A stretch of 64,000 nucleotides of DNA from contig OX597833.1 in assembly GCA_951406725.2 (NCBI GenBank), positions 27,838,001 to 27,902,000 on the forward strand, given 5' to 3'. Shown one piece after another: positions 1 through 14,443 of the stretch. Each line of letters opens with the position of its first letter. The first letter of the stretch is position 1. This DNA is from Octopus vulgaris. Taxonomy: Eukaryota. The notes under the pieces are model-generated. The model was not told where the DNA came from. It saw only the letters and a program-made list of their open reading frames with translations, and made no database searches. Both the position numbers and the translations under genes were made by a program.

Positions 1-359
1 AAACAGACAATTGAGATAGAGAATTAGAAGGGGCTCGTAGAAAGGTCGGATAAAATGCCGTATGATATTTAGTAACGGATCTTTATGTTCCGAGTTCAAA
101 TCCTGCTGAGAATGACAATTTCTTCCTTAGCCGTATAATTTGTTAAATTTATATCGATGTCAGTGCTCTTCCCTCACGTCCAGAAAAATAATTAAATCTG
201 AAGTGATTGTCTGTTATATGCTAGAAAAAGCAGCTAAATGTTCTCCAGACTACAGCCAACTCTCTGCAGAATCATAAAAGGGTGGCGTTGTCACGGTTAG
301 AATGCCTTTAATTATAGGTCTACTCGATCGGAGTGGACCCACCTGGGATAATGCAACAT

Positions 360-1060
360 AAAAATCACCACCATTACCACCACTACCACCACCACCACCA
401 TCACCACCATCACCACTACTACTTTTACTATCATCACCATCATCGTCACCATCACCACATTAACACCAACAACACTACGAACACCAGCATTACTATCACC
501 ACCACCACAACCATGAGCACTACCACCATCACACCATTAGTATCACAATTAATAGCACTCATTAACAACTCCAGCTTCACCATTTCTTAACATTATCCCC
601 CAACATTACAATCGCCACTTCGCCACCGCTGCCACCACCATTGCACCAATATAACAGCCATACCACCCCCTTCTGCCCGACTCCACGCTACTATTAACCA
701 CAAACGCAACCATCAACAAAACCACTACCACTGTCACCAACACCCGAACTACAATGACAACTCGCATCGACTTCATTTATCCGCTGCTGCTAGAACCACG
801 ACTGCTACCGAAGCCACTACAACCATAGCCACAGCACTGACCACCACCACAACAACCACCACCACAAACCACCACAGCCATCACTATTTTCATTACCACA
901 CTTCATTACAAACACGACCACCACAACTACTACCAAGACACACAACACATCCGCTACCACCACCACCGTCGCCTTAAGTTACTACCACTATCATTGCAAC
1001 CACCACCACCACCACCAGCACCATCGCCACTGCCTCCAACACCACTCCGAGGTACCACAA
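360..1060. repeat. Degenerate (ACC/CAC/ACT)n trinucleotide low-complexity tract
   Basis: Runs of cac/acc/act triplets; ORF 333..590 is only poly-His/Thr. Confidence 0.85.
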
Positions 1061-1379
1061 TATTAATCAGTAATTAAATATAATTACTAAAGTAGAATAA
1101 TCATTTTAAATTGATTAATGTAGGAATTAATATATTTTGCATCTTTTGTAATTGTTGTTGTTTTTGTCGTTGTTGTTGCTGTTGTTGTTGTTATTGTTGT
1201 TCAGCCCCAGGTCATGCCTGATTGCGTGGTCATGTGATTAAAGGAGTGAATCCAGCCTGCACCATCACGTCCGTTTTACTTTGTATAAAGTGATGGCGTG
1301 TGATCGAAGGGAAATTTCACTGTTCTTTCTAGCAGGTCGAGACCACAACGTGAAGTTCATGTTTTGTTTTTTTATTGTT

Positions 1380-1610
1380 ACTGTTGTTGCTGGTGGCGTT
1401 GGCGGCGGCAGTGGTGATAATGGTGCTGCCGGTGCCGCTGGTGCAGCTGCAGGTGATGGTATGCTGGTGGTAGTGGCGGCGGCGGCGGCAGTGGTCGTGA
1501 TGGTAGCGCTGGTGCTGGTGATGGTGGTGCAGGTGGTGGTGATAGCTACAAAGGTTGTTGTGGTACTGGTGGTGGTACTGGTGGTGGTGGTGGTGGTGGT
1601 GGTGGAAGTG
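1380..1610. repeat. Degenerate (GGT/GTG)n tract
   Basis: ggt/gtg triplets; explains the poly-Val/Gly ORF 1281..1622. Confidence 0.85.
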
Positions 1611-1911
1611 ATATTACAATAATTGATGGTTTCGGTTGGAGTTGTGCCTCTTTTTTGGATGTTTTCGATATCACTGTTAGTGTTGCTGTTTAGCCCCCAG
1701 AACGTCCATCATAACACAAATTTATGGTCGGAGTAAATCCGCTTTTGGCAAACCAGCCACTTCGCTGCCATCAGAGAAAGCAATTTATAATGTGCCCTTC
1801 CCGTATGAGATAGAATTTGGTGTCATTTTATAGAGGTGGGACCGCTGTTGTTGCAATCACTTCAACTGCCATGTGTGTGTTAATGTGCGTGTGTGTGTGC
1901 GTGCGCGTATA

Positions 1912-1946
<35 letters not shown>

Positions 1947-1964
1947 GTATAGAAATTAAATATA

Positions 1965-2088
1965 AATTACAAAATGGGACAAGAACGCAAAAACACAAAG
2001 AAACGACACAAAAAAACACACGGATCATTCGAAGCCTCTAATCTTCAGTCGGGAACCGGGTCATCCTAGCAATCTCGGCCGATTAATC

Positions 2089-2090
<2 letters not shown>
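1965..2090 (-). mobile_element. Fragment of the foldback/Penelope-like family also at 15908-16261 and 33750-34010
   Basis: Shares acaaaatggg...cattcgaagc...gcaatctcggc.gattaatc with 15912-16072; flanked by (TA)n. Confidence 0.65.
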
Positions 2091-2158
<68 letters not shown>

Positions 2159-2417
2159 ATGCATAGATCAAATCCCTCAAAAGTTGTGTTGAATATCCTT
2201 TTTATCGTTTGTCTACTCACTCGTAAAGAGTTAGATAGATAGATAGATAGATGGATAGATAGATATATACATACATACATACATATATACATGCATACAT
2301 ACATAAATATACACATATACATATATATATACGCATATACATACATGTATATACATATACACATAATGTACGTGTGTGTGTGTGTGTAACATATATATAT
2401 ATATATATATATATATA

Positions 2418-2642
2418 GTTTTATTTTACTTGATTCAGCCATTTGACAACGGCCATGCTGGAGTACCGCTTTTAGTCGAACAAATCGGCCTCAAAGCTTA
2501 TTATTTCTAAGCCTAGTATTTATTCTATCAGTTTCTTTTGCTGGACCACTATGTTACGGGGACGTAAACACACCAGCGTCGGTTGCCAGGCGATGATGGG
2601 TGGACAAACATAGACACACAAATATATACATATACATATATA

Positions 2643-2740
<98 letters not shown>

Positions 2741-2893
2741 TATATACGACGGGTTTCTTTCAGTTTCCGTCTTCCAAATCCACCCACAAGGCTTTGTTCG
2801 GCCCGAGGCTATTGGGAATTTGTCTTCTACAAAGTACAATTCAGTGGGACTGAACCCCAAACCATGTGGCTGGTAAGCAAGCTACTTACCACA
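2418..2893 (-). mobile_element. tRNA-derived SINE family A with internal (TA)n
   Basis: Reverse complement of the head (gtggtaagtagcttgc...ggttcagtcccactg), the acggaaactgaaagaa body and the ccagcatggcc...tgaa tail seen in the other copies. Confidence 0.85.
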
Positions 2894-2984
2894 CACGCGC
2901 GCACACACATATATTTATACATATATATATGTATCTATTTATGTATATATATATATGAATATATGTATGTATATATATTGTATG

Positions 2985-3144
<160 letters not shown>

Positions 3145-3509
3145 GTATATATGAAGGTATGCAAGTATGTATGTATGTAGGTATCAATACGTAGACAGAC
3201 GGATAGATAGATAAGTAGATAGTTAGAGAAAGTGAGAGAGAGAGAGGGAGAAATACAGACAGACTGATGGAAATATAAATACACGCATAGATGGATAAAT
3301 GTGTGTATGTATGTATTTATGAATGTATATATCTATACACACACATGCATTTAAGTGCGAATGTATACTCAAAATATATTGTTAGGCTCGTATATGTGTA
3401 ATTATGCATTTAAGGATATTACAAGTGTTAGGGTGTTAAGGTAATTATACAGGTGTAAATGTGTGTGAGTGTGTGCGTTAGTGCGTGTGCGCGAGTGTGT
3501 TTGTATTAT

Positions 3510-3693
3510 TTGGCTGTGTGATAAGAAGCTTGCTTCCCAATTCATGGTTCGGAGTTCAGTCCTACAGCGTGACAAGTTGGGCAAATATCTTCTACTATAT
3601 ATATAGGCGCAGGAGTGGCTATGTGGTAAGTAGCTTGCATACCGACAACAAAGCCTTGTGAGTGGATTTGGTAGACGGAAACTGAAAGAACCC

Positions 3694-3732
<39 letters not shown>

Positions 3733-3945
3733 ATAAGTTTGTTCCTCCCACCCACACCATCACTTGTGAACCGTCTTCGAGTGTTTACGTCCCCGTGACG
3801 TAGCAGTTCGGTAAAAGAATCCGATAGAATAAGAACTAGGCTTACAAAGAATATGTCCTGTGGTCGATTTGCTCGACTAAAGTCGGTGCTCCAGCATGGC
3901 CGCAACCAAATGACTGAGACAAATAAAAGAATAAAACAATAAAAG
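3510..3945 (+). mobile_element. SINE family A, two heads in tandem plus one tail
   Basis: Head at 3510-3597, second head ggcgcaggagtggctatgtggtaag at 3606, tail ending tgactgagacaaataaaagaataa. Confidence 0.85.
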
Positions 3946-3999
3946 AATATGGATGTATACATATATTCATATATACATATATACATACTTAGTTACTGG

Positions 4000-4420
4000 A
4001 CTCACCCCGTCTTCGTGGCACCTTGGGCAAGTGTTTTCTACTATAACAACGGGCCGACAAAGCCAATGTCTGAGTGGATATAAGAGAGGGAAACTGAAAG
4101 AAGCCCGTCGTACACACACACTCACACACACAAACACAAACATATATATACGCCCACGCCCACAGATATATATATATATATATATTTATGCATGTGTGTC
4201 GCTTTGTGTCTGTTTCATGGCCCCACCATCACTTCACTACTGACGTTGGCATGTTTACGTCCCCGTAACATAGTGGTTCGGTAAAAGACACCAATAGAAT
4301 AAGTACTAGGCTTATAAAGAATAAGCCCTGGGGATTGATTTCAACGATTAAAATACCCTTTTAGGCGGTGCTCCAGCGTGACCGCAGCCAAGTGACTGAA
4401 ACAAGTAAAAGAATAAAAGA
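4000..4420 (+). mobile_element. SINE family A, 5' truncated
   Basis: cgtggcaccttgggcaagtg (CORE-like) ... actgaaagaagcccgtcg ... tgactgaaacaagtaaaagaataa. Confidence 0.85.
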
Positions 4421-4588
4421 AAGATTATACATATATATATATATATATATATGTATGTATTATGTATGTATGTATGTATGTATGTATGTATGTATGTTTG
4501 TATGTATGTATATATATATACATATATATATATTTGTATATATAAACACATATATATGTATACCCACTCGCACATATGTGTGTGTGTC

Positions 4589-4662
<74 letters not shown>

Positions 4663-4728
4663 TGTATGTATGTATGTATGTATGTATGTATGTACATATG
4701 CATAGACTTATATATATGCATACATATA

Positions 4729-4948
4729 CGGCAGGGGATAGGCTGAAAATTTCCTGGCCTCAAAAGTATCAGGAAAGGGCTGGCTGGAGACCCAACATTC
4801 CGAGTTCTTACAAGGCTTAGAAAACCTGAAGGACCGCTGGAATAAGTGTGTATATTTGAGAGGGGAATTACGTTGAATAAAATCATAATTAACTGGTCCT
4901 TCTGCATTTTCTTTTACCCCAAGCCAGGAACTTTTCAGCATCCTCTCG
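4729..4948 (+). mobile_element. Mariner-derived MITE
   Basis: TA flanks; imperfect TIRs (ggctgaaaatttcctggc / gccaggaacttttcagc); interior resembles a transposase C-terminus (GLENLKDRWNKCV); second copy at 43733-43955. Confidence 0.8.
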
Positions 4949-4950
4949 TA

Positions 4951-5334
4951 TCTCTCTCTATATAAACGGCAGTTTGTCTGTGTGTGTCTCTGTGTGTCTG
5001 TTAGCTTGTACCCTCACCCTGACCACGGCTTTCAACCAATTCTGATGAAACTTGACACACACATAGCCCAATGTCATAATTCAAAACTAACGCAGCGAAA
5101 ATTTTGAAAAGTTCCCCCAGTTCTGAAAAAAATCGATAAATTCGACATGGGGTCGAGAATCAGAAGCACAAACCACAGACTGTCTAGGGGACGCAACTCG
5201 ACCTTTTTTACTCTCAAAAAAAATTTACCATCATTTTTTTCCCATTTTTTTGCTATTTTTTAGCTATAACTCTCTAAAAATGCTTTATATTTATTTCCCT
5301 TACAAACCCGAGCAACGCCGGGCGATACTGCTAG
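4951..5334 (+). mobile_element. Non-autonomous Helitron
   Basis: Starts A|TC, ends CTAG|T, with subterminal hairpin cccgagcaacgccggg (5307-5322). These are the canonical Helitron termini. Confidence 0.8.
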
Positions 5335-5398
5335 TATACATATATAAGCATGTCGGCATATACATACATACGCACATACATACATGTATATATTTATA

Positions 5399-5940
5399 GA
5401 CGCAGGAGTGGCCGTGTGTTAAGAATGTTGCCTCTCAACCACATGGTGCCGGGCAAGTGTCTTCTACTATAGTCTCGGGCCGACCAAAGCCTTGTGGGTG
5501 GATTTTGTAGACGGAAACTGAAAGAAGCCTGTCGACTCTATATGTCTATATAGCCAATCCAAACCAGAACAAGCAAGAAAAAACAGCGCGAGGAAGTGGT
5601 ACTGTGTGATTGGACGCTCATGAAGGAAAGAAAAGAAAGAGGATTCCACGTTTCGATCGGAGCTCTTCATCAGAAATATAGTGAGTGTGAGTGTGTGTGT
5701 GTGCGTGTGTGTGTGTGTGTGTGCGTGTATGTACTTGTGTGTCTGTGTTTGTCGCCCCCACCATCGCTTGTCACCCGATGTTGCCGTGTTCACGTCCCCG
5801 TAAACTAGAGGTTCGGCAAAAGGGACCGATTGAATAAGTACTAGGCTTATAAAGAATAAGTCCTGGAGTCGATTTATGTGTAAAAGGCGGTGCTCCAGCC
5901 TTGCCGCAGTAAAATAACTGAAACAAGTAAAAGAATAAAT
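5399..5940 (+). mobile_element. SINE family A with an insert in its internal microsatellite
   Basis: Head gacgcaggagtggccgtgtg, tail actgaaacaagtaaaagaataa; unrelated segment at about 5550-5680. Confidence 0.85.
5644..5676 (-). ncRNA. Degenerate minimal hammerhead ribozyme motif
   Basis: Minus strand ttt-CTGATGA-A-gagctccgatc-GAAA-cg-TG-gaa; the cleavage dinucleotide is UG, so it is probably inactive. Confidence 0.5.
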
Positions 5941-6027
5941 ACATTTGTATAAATATCTACATATATATATATATGTAAGTATGTATGTATGTAGATAAAT
6001 GCATGTATGTCTATGTGTGAGTGTGTT

Positions 6028-6253
6028 GCTCTTTTACCTGTTTCAGTCATTTGAATGCAACCCATGCTGGAACACCGCTTTGAAGGATTCTAGTCGAACA
6101 AATCGACCCGGGGACTTATTTTGTAAGCCTAATACTTACTGTATAGGTCTGTTTGCAGAACCGCTAGATTTCGGGAACGTAAACATACCAACGCCGATTT
6201 TCAGGCGGTGATGGCGGACAAACGCTGACACAAAGACACCCACATAGATATAT

Positions 6254-6320
<67 letters not shown>

Positions 6321-6359
6321 TGTATGTATATATATATATATATATACATATATATGTAT

Positions 6360-6411
<52 letters not shown>

Positions 6412-6525
6412 GTATGTATGTATATATATTTCGTTTTTGTATAGGTTTGCAAGATTCTTTATGTGAGTTCGTGTGTTGAAACATATTCTGTTGTGTATGG
6501 GGAGAGTCACAACGACAGACACACA

Positions 6526-6571
<46 letters not shown>

Positions 6572-6742
6572 AAACACACGTACACACATGACGAACTTGC
6601 TTGAGTTTCCTTCTGCCAAAGCTGACGAAGCTATCGTTGCCCGAGGCTATGATTAAAGAAACTTGCCTAAAGTGCCACGCTAGGTACTGAACCCGGAAAC
6701 ATATAGTTGCTAAGCAAGATTCTTATAACACAGTCACTCCAG
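6028..6742 (-). mobile_element. SINE family A with expanded internal microsatellite and an insert
   Basis: Tail at 6028-6240, head at 6590-6742; insert at 6428-6512 matches 49170-49225 and 59475-59533 (gactctcccca.a.acaacag). Confidence 0.8.
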
Positions 6743-6892
6743 ATACATATGTGCCAGCACTAAAAGAGAATGTCTCTGCCCCAAACACAACAGCATATAT
6801 ATATATGCTGTTGGAGCGATTTCTTCTAGTTTCCGCCTATCAAATTCAAATCCATCCACTCACAAGGCTTTTGTTGGCCCAACGCTATTATG

Positions 6893-6947
<55 letters not shown>

Positions 6948-6953
<6 letters not shown>

Positions 6954-7216
6954 GAAAAGAGTGAAAAAACTACAGAAGGCTTGTTTTATAAGGTTAAAGA
7001 ATATATTTAAGTCGTTATGTTAGAAAAATGTTATAAAAGTTTTGTATATAGTAACATAGTTTTTGGAGAAATTACCGATTTCGTGTAAACTTTTCAAATT
7101 TCTCAAATGTCTTTACCTACATCGTGTTATAACATTTTTCTAACATAACGACTTAAATATATTCTTTAACCTTATAAAACAAGCCTTCTGTAGTTTTTTT
7201 TACTCTTTTCTATTTT
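6948..7216. repeat. Foldback element: ~89 bp inverted arms around a ~90 bp spacer with a degenerate hammerhead
   Basis: Arms 6948-7036 and 7127-7216 are near-perfect reverse complements; inserted in (TA)n. Confidence 0.9.
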
Positions 7217-7256
7217 TTATACATCCACCACGTGCTTTCACACACCAACTTTCTCA

Positions 7257-7318
<62 letters not shown>

Positions 7319-7338
7319 CACACCAGTACATATGTATC

Positions 7339-7498
7339 TGGAGTGACTGTGTTGTAAGAAGCTTGCTTAGCAACCATGTTTCCGGGTTCAGTACCTCGCG
7401 TGGCACCTTAGGGCAACGATAGCTTTGTCAGTGGATTTGTTAGAAACGAACTCAAACAAGCTTGTCATGTGTGTATATATATGTGTGTGTGTGTGTGC

Positions 7499-7582
<84 letters not shown>

Positions 7583-7805
7583 TTTGTGTGTGTGTGTGTG
7601 GTTTGTGTGTTTGATTTTGAGTTTGTCTTTGTCCCTCGCCAACGCTTAACAACGCCGGTAGGCTTCTTTCGTCCATGTTACGTAGCGCTCCGGCGTAGAG
7701 AGCGATAGAATTATTAGTAAACATAAAGGAAGAAGTAAATACTGTATTCGATTTGTTCTACTAAATACGACACTCTAGTATGGCCACGTACAAATGTCTG
7801 AAACC
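7339..7805 (+). mobile_element. SINE family A, diverged
   Basis: ggagtgactgtgttgtaagaagcttgc...ccgggttcagt...gtggcacctt, internal (TG)n and tail. Confidence 0.8.
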
Positions 7806-7807
7806 CC

Positions 7808-7891
<84 letters not shown>

Positions 7892-7979
7892 GGATGGATG
7901 GATGGATGGATGGATGGATGGATGGATGGATAAATATAATTACATCTTATATTTTCATAAGATTGTGTGTGTGTGTGTT

Positions 7980-8118
<139 letters not shown>

Positions 8119-9033
8119 GCGTGTATACATACACAACAATGTTTACATAAATATGCGTTATTAAACGCCATTTATTGCTCTATTTGACATCCAATCAATT
8201 AATTTAAATTATTGATCTCTATGGAGTGAGATACGTTGCTTCTATTACACGAACATTTATACACAAGCTATGCTTGCATACATATATCTTGGCTTGTTAA
8301 TTCATCCTATTTAAGTATTTCGCTATTTGCTTCCTCACACTCTTATTGTATATATTGCGTACACACGTGCAAACTGTTTCCTGACTGTTTGAGTCAATGT
8401 ATATGATAGGCCATGCGCATGTGTGTGTAGGGTATAAAGAGGGCGTGTGTAACTACAAGTGTGAGTGTGTTTCTGTATGTGCATTTGTTTGTGTATGTGT
8501 GTGTGTGTTCGTTAGAGAGAGAAAGAGTGAGAGAAATCAATATATACTATCCTCTTGATTTCTTTTCTTTCCCTCCCTTTCTTTTCTCCCTTACTTTCTC
8601 TTTCCTATTCTCTCTCCTTGTCCCCCACTTTCTCACTTTCTCTTGTCTCCATAGATATGCGTGTGTGTGTGTAATACGACGCATCCATTTCCATGTAAGT
8701 ATATATATATATATATATATATATCTATATACCCACATGCATAGATAGTTCGATAAATAGATAATACATACATACATACATACATGAAGAGAGAGGCGGA
8801 GATGATAGACATATATAAGTAGATATGCAATGTTTCTCAATGTTTAAAAATGTAAGGACACACACATACACACCAACACGCACATTTATATGTGTGTGTG
8901 TATGTGTGTATATATAGATATATATAAGCATATGTGTGTGTGCGCGAATATATATATATATATATATATAAACACACACACATACAGTATACCTTGTATG
9001 ATATTATAACTGCATATGCCAGATATGTGAGTA

Positions 9034-9119
<86 letters not shown>

Positions 9120-9121
9120 GA

Positions 9122-9675
<554 letters not shown>

Positions 9676-9750
9676 TATATCCCATATATAGATATATATA
9701 TATATAAATGGATTTATTGATAGATAGACGGACGGACAGACAGACAGACA

Positions 9751-9801
<51 letters not shown>

Positions 9802-10189
9802 CTTGTTCTGCTCTTCACCACCGCAAAAATAATCATACACCGTCTTCACCAACGCTTGTACTGAAGAGGGTGTTTAGTACATGGACATTCAACCCGCCAG
9901 ATATAGAAAGCAAATCTCACTCAGTTCTCGCCCAACAGTCTTAAATATGAAAAGCATGTTAGGTAGTGTTTTCCTACATATACTACTTGAACTGGACGGG
10001 GTTGTCATGTTTGGAATGTGTAATCATGACTCTGCTTTGTGAGGACCGAGCTAAGGCTGAACTAATTCCGCCAACACCAGCAAGATTCGCAACACCACCG
10101 CCGACACCACCACCACCACCATTAACTTTGCCATGCACCACTTCCACCATCTCCCCCCCCCCCCCCCGTACACCTCTATCTCTGTCACT

Positions 10190-10390
10190 GAGAGCTTTTA
10201 TGCTGTCGCTCGACCGACGAAAAATAGCAGCCAAAAACTCACTCGTATTATAATCTAATGTCTTGAAAATAGACACGTTAGATATGATTTTAGATTTCCT
10301 CCATATGAGAAAATGACAGGAATGTCACGGCTGGAGTGTCTATGATCATGGATCTTCCCCCATCAGGCCTAAACAACAACAAAAACAACC
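10190..10390 (+). mobile_element. Old interspersed repeat (SINE-like 3' part), also at ~200-350, 1200-1345 (-) and 28530-28650
   Basis: Shared motifs aaatagcagccaaa and tcacggctgga.tg.ct.tgatcat in several copies. Confidence 0.55.
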
Positions 10391-10439
10391 CCATCACCGC
10401 CAACTCCACATTCAATTTAGCTTTCTCTCTTCTTTACGG

Positions 10440-10750
10440 CCGACAAGAGACTGGCTGACGGGCAGACAAACGATTCGATTGGTTGAGTTGCTCTGGGTGG
10501 GGCCTGCCTCTCGCATCTCTTACCTGCCAGCTTTACTCTCCCTATCTATCTATCTTTCTCGCTTCGCTCTCCTTGCTCTCCACCGTCAGCAACAGCAGCA
10601 GCAGCAGCAGCAGCGACGGTGCACGTTAGTGTGTAAATGAGACACGACCAAGCAGCTAAGCGATGTCATTGGACGACAAATTTGTGTGCTTCTCTATTTT
10701 CCTAATCTGTCCGTTAACGATGTGAAACGCTGTTGGCTGAAGCAGAGCAA
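10440..10750 (-). promoter_or_regulatory. Candidate promoter / non-coding first exon
   Basis: GC-richer unique DNA; minus-strand donor CAG|GTAAGA at 10526-10518; CCAAT boxes at 10478-10482 and 10668-10672; GT/GC box GGGTGGGGC at 10495-10503. Confidence 0.3.
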
Positions 10751-10751
10751 C

Positions 10752-10783
<32 letters not shown>

Positions 10784-10797
10784 TACATACGCACGCA

Positions 10798-10833
<36 letters not shown>

Positions 10834-11019
10834 CAATACACACAATACACACTGAACACACACGCATACACACATGCATAAATAAATACACACTCGATCA
10901 CACATCATACTCACAAGCAGGAACTCCCCCTTCTCTCTTTCTCTTTCCTCTTTCACTTTCCGATCTCCTCCTGCTGCTATTTTTATCTCTTTCTTCTGAC
11001 ACTTTCACATCCACACTCA

Positions 11020-11064
<45 letters not shown>

Positions 11065-12216
11065 CTTTTCCTCTCTCTATCGCTCATAAAGGCCAAAACA
11101 CACACACACATGCACACACAATGTAGTTAAACTATATTTTTCTTTCCGTTTCTTGTTTATGTTGTTTGTTTATTTACGTTGATGTTTTTCTTTTGCTTTT
11201 TTTAACTCTAAATGAAAGTCGCTAGAAGTAAAAATGAAAGTGAAAGTAGCCGAAATTGATCGCTGATTGACTGACTCACTAACTGACTGACAGAATGTTC
11301 AAAGTTTGCCAAATAGCTTCTCACCCTTCGGTCGTATTGTCATCCTACTCATCTCTCATCTCTCGCTCTAATCTATACTTGTGATGGCCGTGCGTATCTT
11401 TCAGCTGATCAACCACCACCGACACCACAACCACTATTAAAACCACTACTAAAACCACCGCTCTCATTACCATCATCACCCACTTATACTATTAAAACCA
11501 TCACTAACAGTACCATTATCATCCACAACTATCACCAACTCCATTACTAAAACGACCAGAAGCATTTATCACTCACACCGCCAGCCAAAAATAATCGACA
11601 TCTCCACCACTACCAGCATTGGCACCAATATAAACATACTAAAACCTAAATTCACGATTTATACCACTCCTACCACTACTGGCAATATTAGTTATACCAC
11701 CGTACCACTAAAATCACAGTATTTAAATACTACTACCAACATCACTACAACACTACCCAGACTAGCACCAATACTGACCACATCGCCACCACCATCACTT
11801 CGGATGAATTGCTTTGACCTACTCCAAGAAAAATACGGTTCGCCCCGCCACCAGAATAAGAGCGTCAAAAACAAGACTTGAATACATAGCAACAACAACA
11901 ACTACTACTACTATAAAACAAAACAAAAAATACTAATAGTAAATGTGACATTTCTCCTATTATCACCGCCACCGTCACCAATAACGGGACCAAGAACACT
12001 AACAACATCAACAGTAGGTGCAGCGACGACGACAACAACAACAACAACAGCAGCAGCAGCAACTATAACAGCAAGTACACCATTGAAATCAAATCTGTTG
12101 GTATGATTTTCATTCGGATTATATAAAACAATTGACTGTATTAATTAATCGACGCACCAACACCACTTCCACCTCTGCCGCTGTCGCTACCACAAGTAGA
12201 CACGACATCGATTACA

Positions 12217-12295
<79 letters not shown>

Positions 12296-13159
12296 GTAAC
12301 GCCGGTGCCACTAACGACTTCGACCAGCCGCTACCACCACCGACATTAACGCTGCCAGTACTTCCGCCAGTACTACGGAGGCTATCAACATTGCCGCCAT
12401 CATCGCAGACCCCACCACCCTCACCAACGCCGTCGAAATGGATTTATTGCCAATAGAATCGGATACGATGTAAACACTCACATGAAGCACCAAAATACGC
12501 TCATCGATTCCGCAACACCCACTGACGTCCGTTCCCCACCATTGGCAGATGTTTAAATAAACATATATATATATTGATATATACATATAAACATACAAAT
12601 ATATATATACACATACATACTAACAAACATACATACATATACAGACACATGTACATATACATATATGCATACACAAACACATACACACATATATATTTAT
12701 ATATATTTATATACATATATATATAACCCTCTCTGCCTTCCGTCACCAGCTGTCCCTGTCGTTTTCTTAAATGATCAGGGGCTAATCTAAAGAGATACGC
12801 TGAAAGTAAAAGTGAAAGTAGACGCGAGAGATAACCATGTAAACAGTGATTTAACTCGCCTCAAATGTTCTTCTAAAACGCAATGTAGACGGTTTAAACC
12901 GGAGGATTATCATCAACCACAGACAACGACGAAATCACAATTTTGGTAATTTGTTTGTTTTTTTTACTCTAGGAATTTTGGCACATTTTATTCTTTTATT
13001 GGTTATTTTTGCTTTTTTTCGAATTGTTCTTTTGTGATTGATTTTTTTTTCATTATTTTGCGTTTTATGATTTTAGTTGTTATTGTTTCCTTCTGGGGAC
13101 ATTATGTAAATACGCTCTATTCAGTAACAATACGAACGGTAAAAAGTATATGAATTTAA

Positions 13160-13206
<47 letters not shown>

Positions 13207-13230
13207 TGATGATGATGATGATAATAATAA

Positions 13231-13443
13231 AGCAGTAAGTTAGCAGAATCGTTAGCACGCCGGGCGAAATACTTAGCAGTATTTCGTCCGTCTTTGCGTT
13301 CTAAGTTCAAATTCCGCCGAGGTCGACTTTGCCTTTCATCCTTTCGGGGTCGATGAAATAAGTACCAATTAAACACTGGGGTCGATGCAATCGACTATTC
13401 CCCCACCCCTAAAATTTCAGGCCTTGTGACTATAGTACAAAGG

Positions 13444-13446
<3 letters not shown>
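13231..13446 (+). mobile_element. tRNA-derived SINE family B
   Basis: agttagcagaatcgttagcacgccgggcgaaat...agttcaaattccgccgaggtcgactttgcctttcatcctttcggggtcgat; flanked by (TAA)n/(TTA)n. Confidence 0.9.
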
Positions 13447-13507
<61 letters not shown>

Positions 13508-13508
<1 letters not shown>

Positions 13509-13725
13509 GGCAACGAGCTAGCAGAATCGTTACTGCATCGGACAAAATGTTTAGCAGCATTTCATCCGTCTTTACGTTCTGATTTCAAATTCTGCCGAGA
13601 TCGACTTTGACTTTCATCTTTCTGGGGTAGATAAAATGAGTACCAGTTAACTAGTGAGGGTTGATGTCATCGACTTACCCCCTCCCCCCGAAAATGCTGG
13701 CCATGTGCCAAAATTAGAAACCATT
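13508..13725 (+). mobile_element. SINE family B
   Basis: aggcaacgagctagcagaatcgtta...gtgccaaaattagaaacc directly after (TTA)n. Confidence 0.9.
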
Positions 13726-14407
13726 ATTGTTTCGAAGGTAGAAAAATAATGAGAGAGGAAATGAGAGGAGTGAGAGAAAGAGAAAGAGAGAGAGAAACCA
13801 ATTACTAAAAGGCAATTACAGGGAAATTTCAGTGGTTAATTGTAGTAATGATGATGATGATGATGATGATGATGACGATAACGACAACGACGCTGACGAC
13901 GGCGATGATGATCTATTTAATAATATTAATAACAATGTTATTTCATTTCGTAGTTTATTTAATTCGTATCTTTCAATTTGCTTTTAAGTGGGCGGTGGTG
14001 ATGGGGAGATGTGGATAGTTGAAATTTTTGAAGCGACCAACGAAAAGTTTGGAGGAGAAGGTGGAGTAGAGAAGAGGCGTGAATGGTTGCGGTGCGGTGC
14101 AGTATGAGGTGCGTCTGTGTGGCTTGGTGCGTTGTCGATGTGGCAGTGTGAGTGTGGGTTCTGGTCGGATGATAGAAGATTTGGAGGAAGGTGGGAAAGT
14201 TGGTGTGGTGGAAGGGAAAGCTTTTATTAATTGCTTGCTCCTCTGGGAAATTATTGGATAACTAGTGCCAATTGAAAAAAAAAGAAAAAAGGAAAAGAGA
14301 AAGAAGTATTTTACCGCAACTGCAACGAAGAATCTTCAGATTGCTACCAGCGCCGCCATCACAACAGCAGCGATAATTACAATAAGGGCAACAACAAAAA
14401 CAACAGC

Positions 14408-14443
<36 letters not shown>

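Noticed and set aside
12300-12560. Possible coding exon
   Set aside because: Frames are low complexity with stops, no recognisable domain and no clear splice sites.
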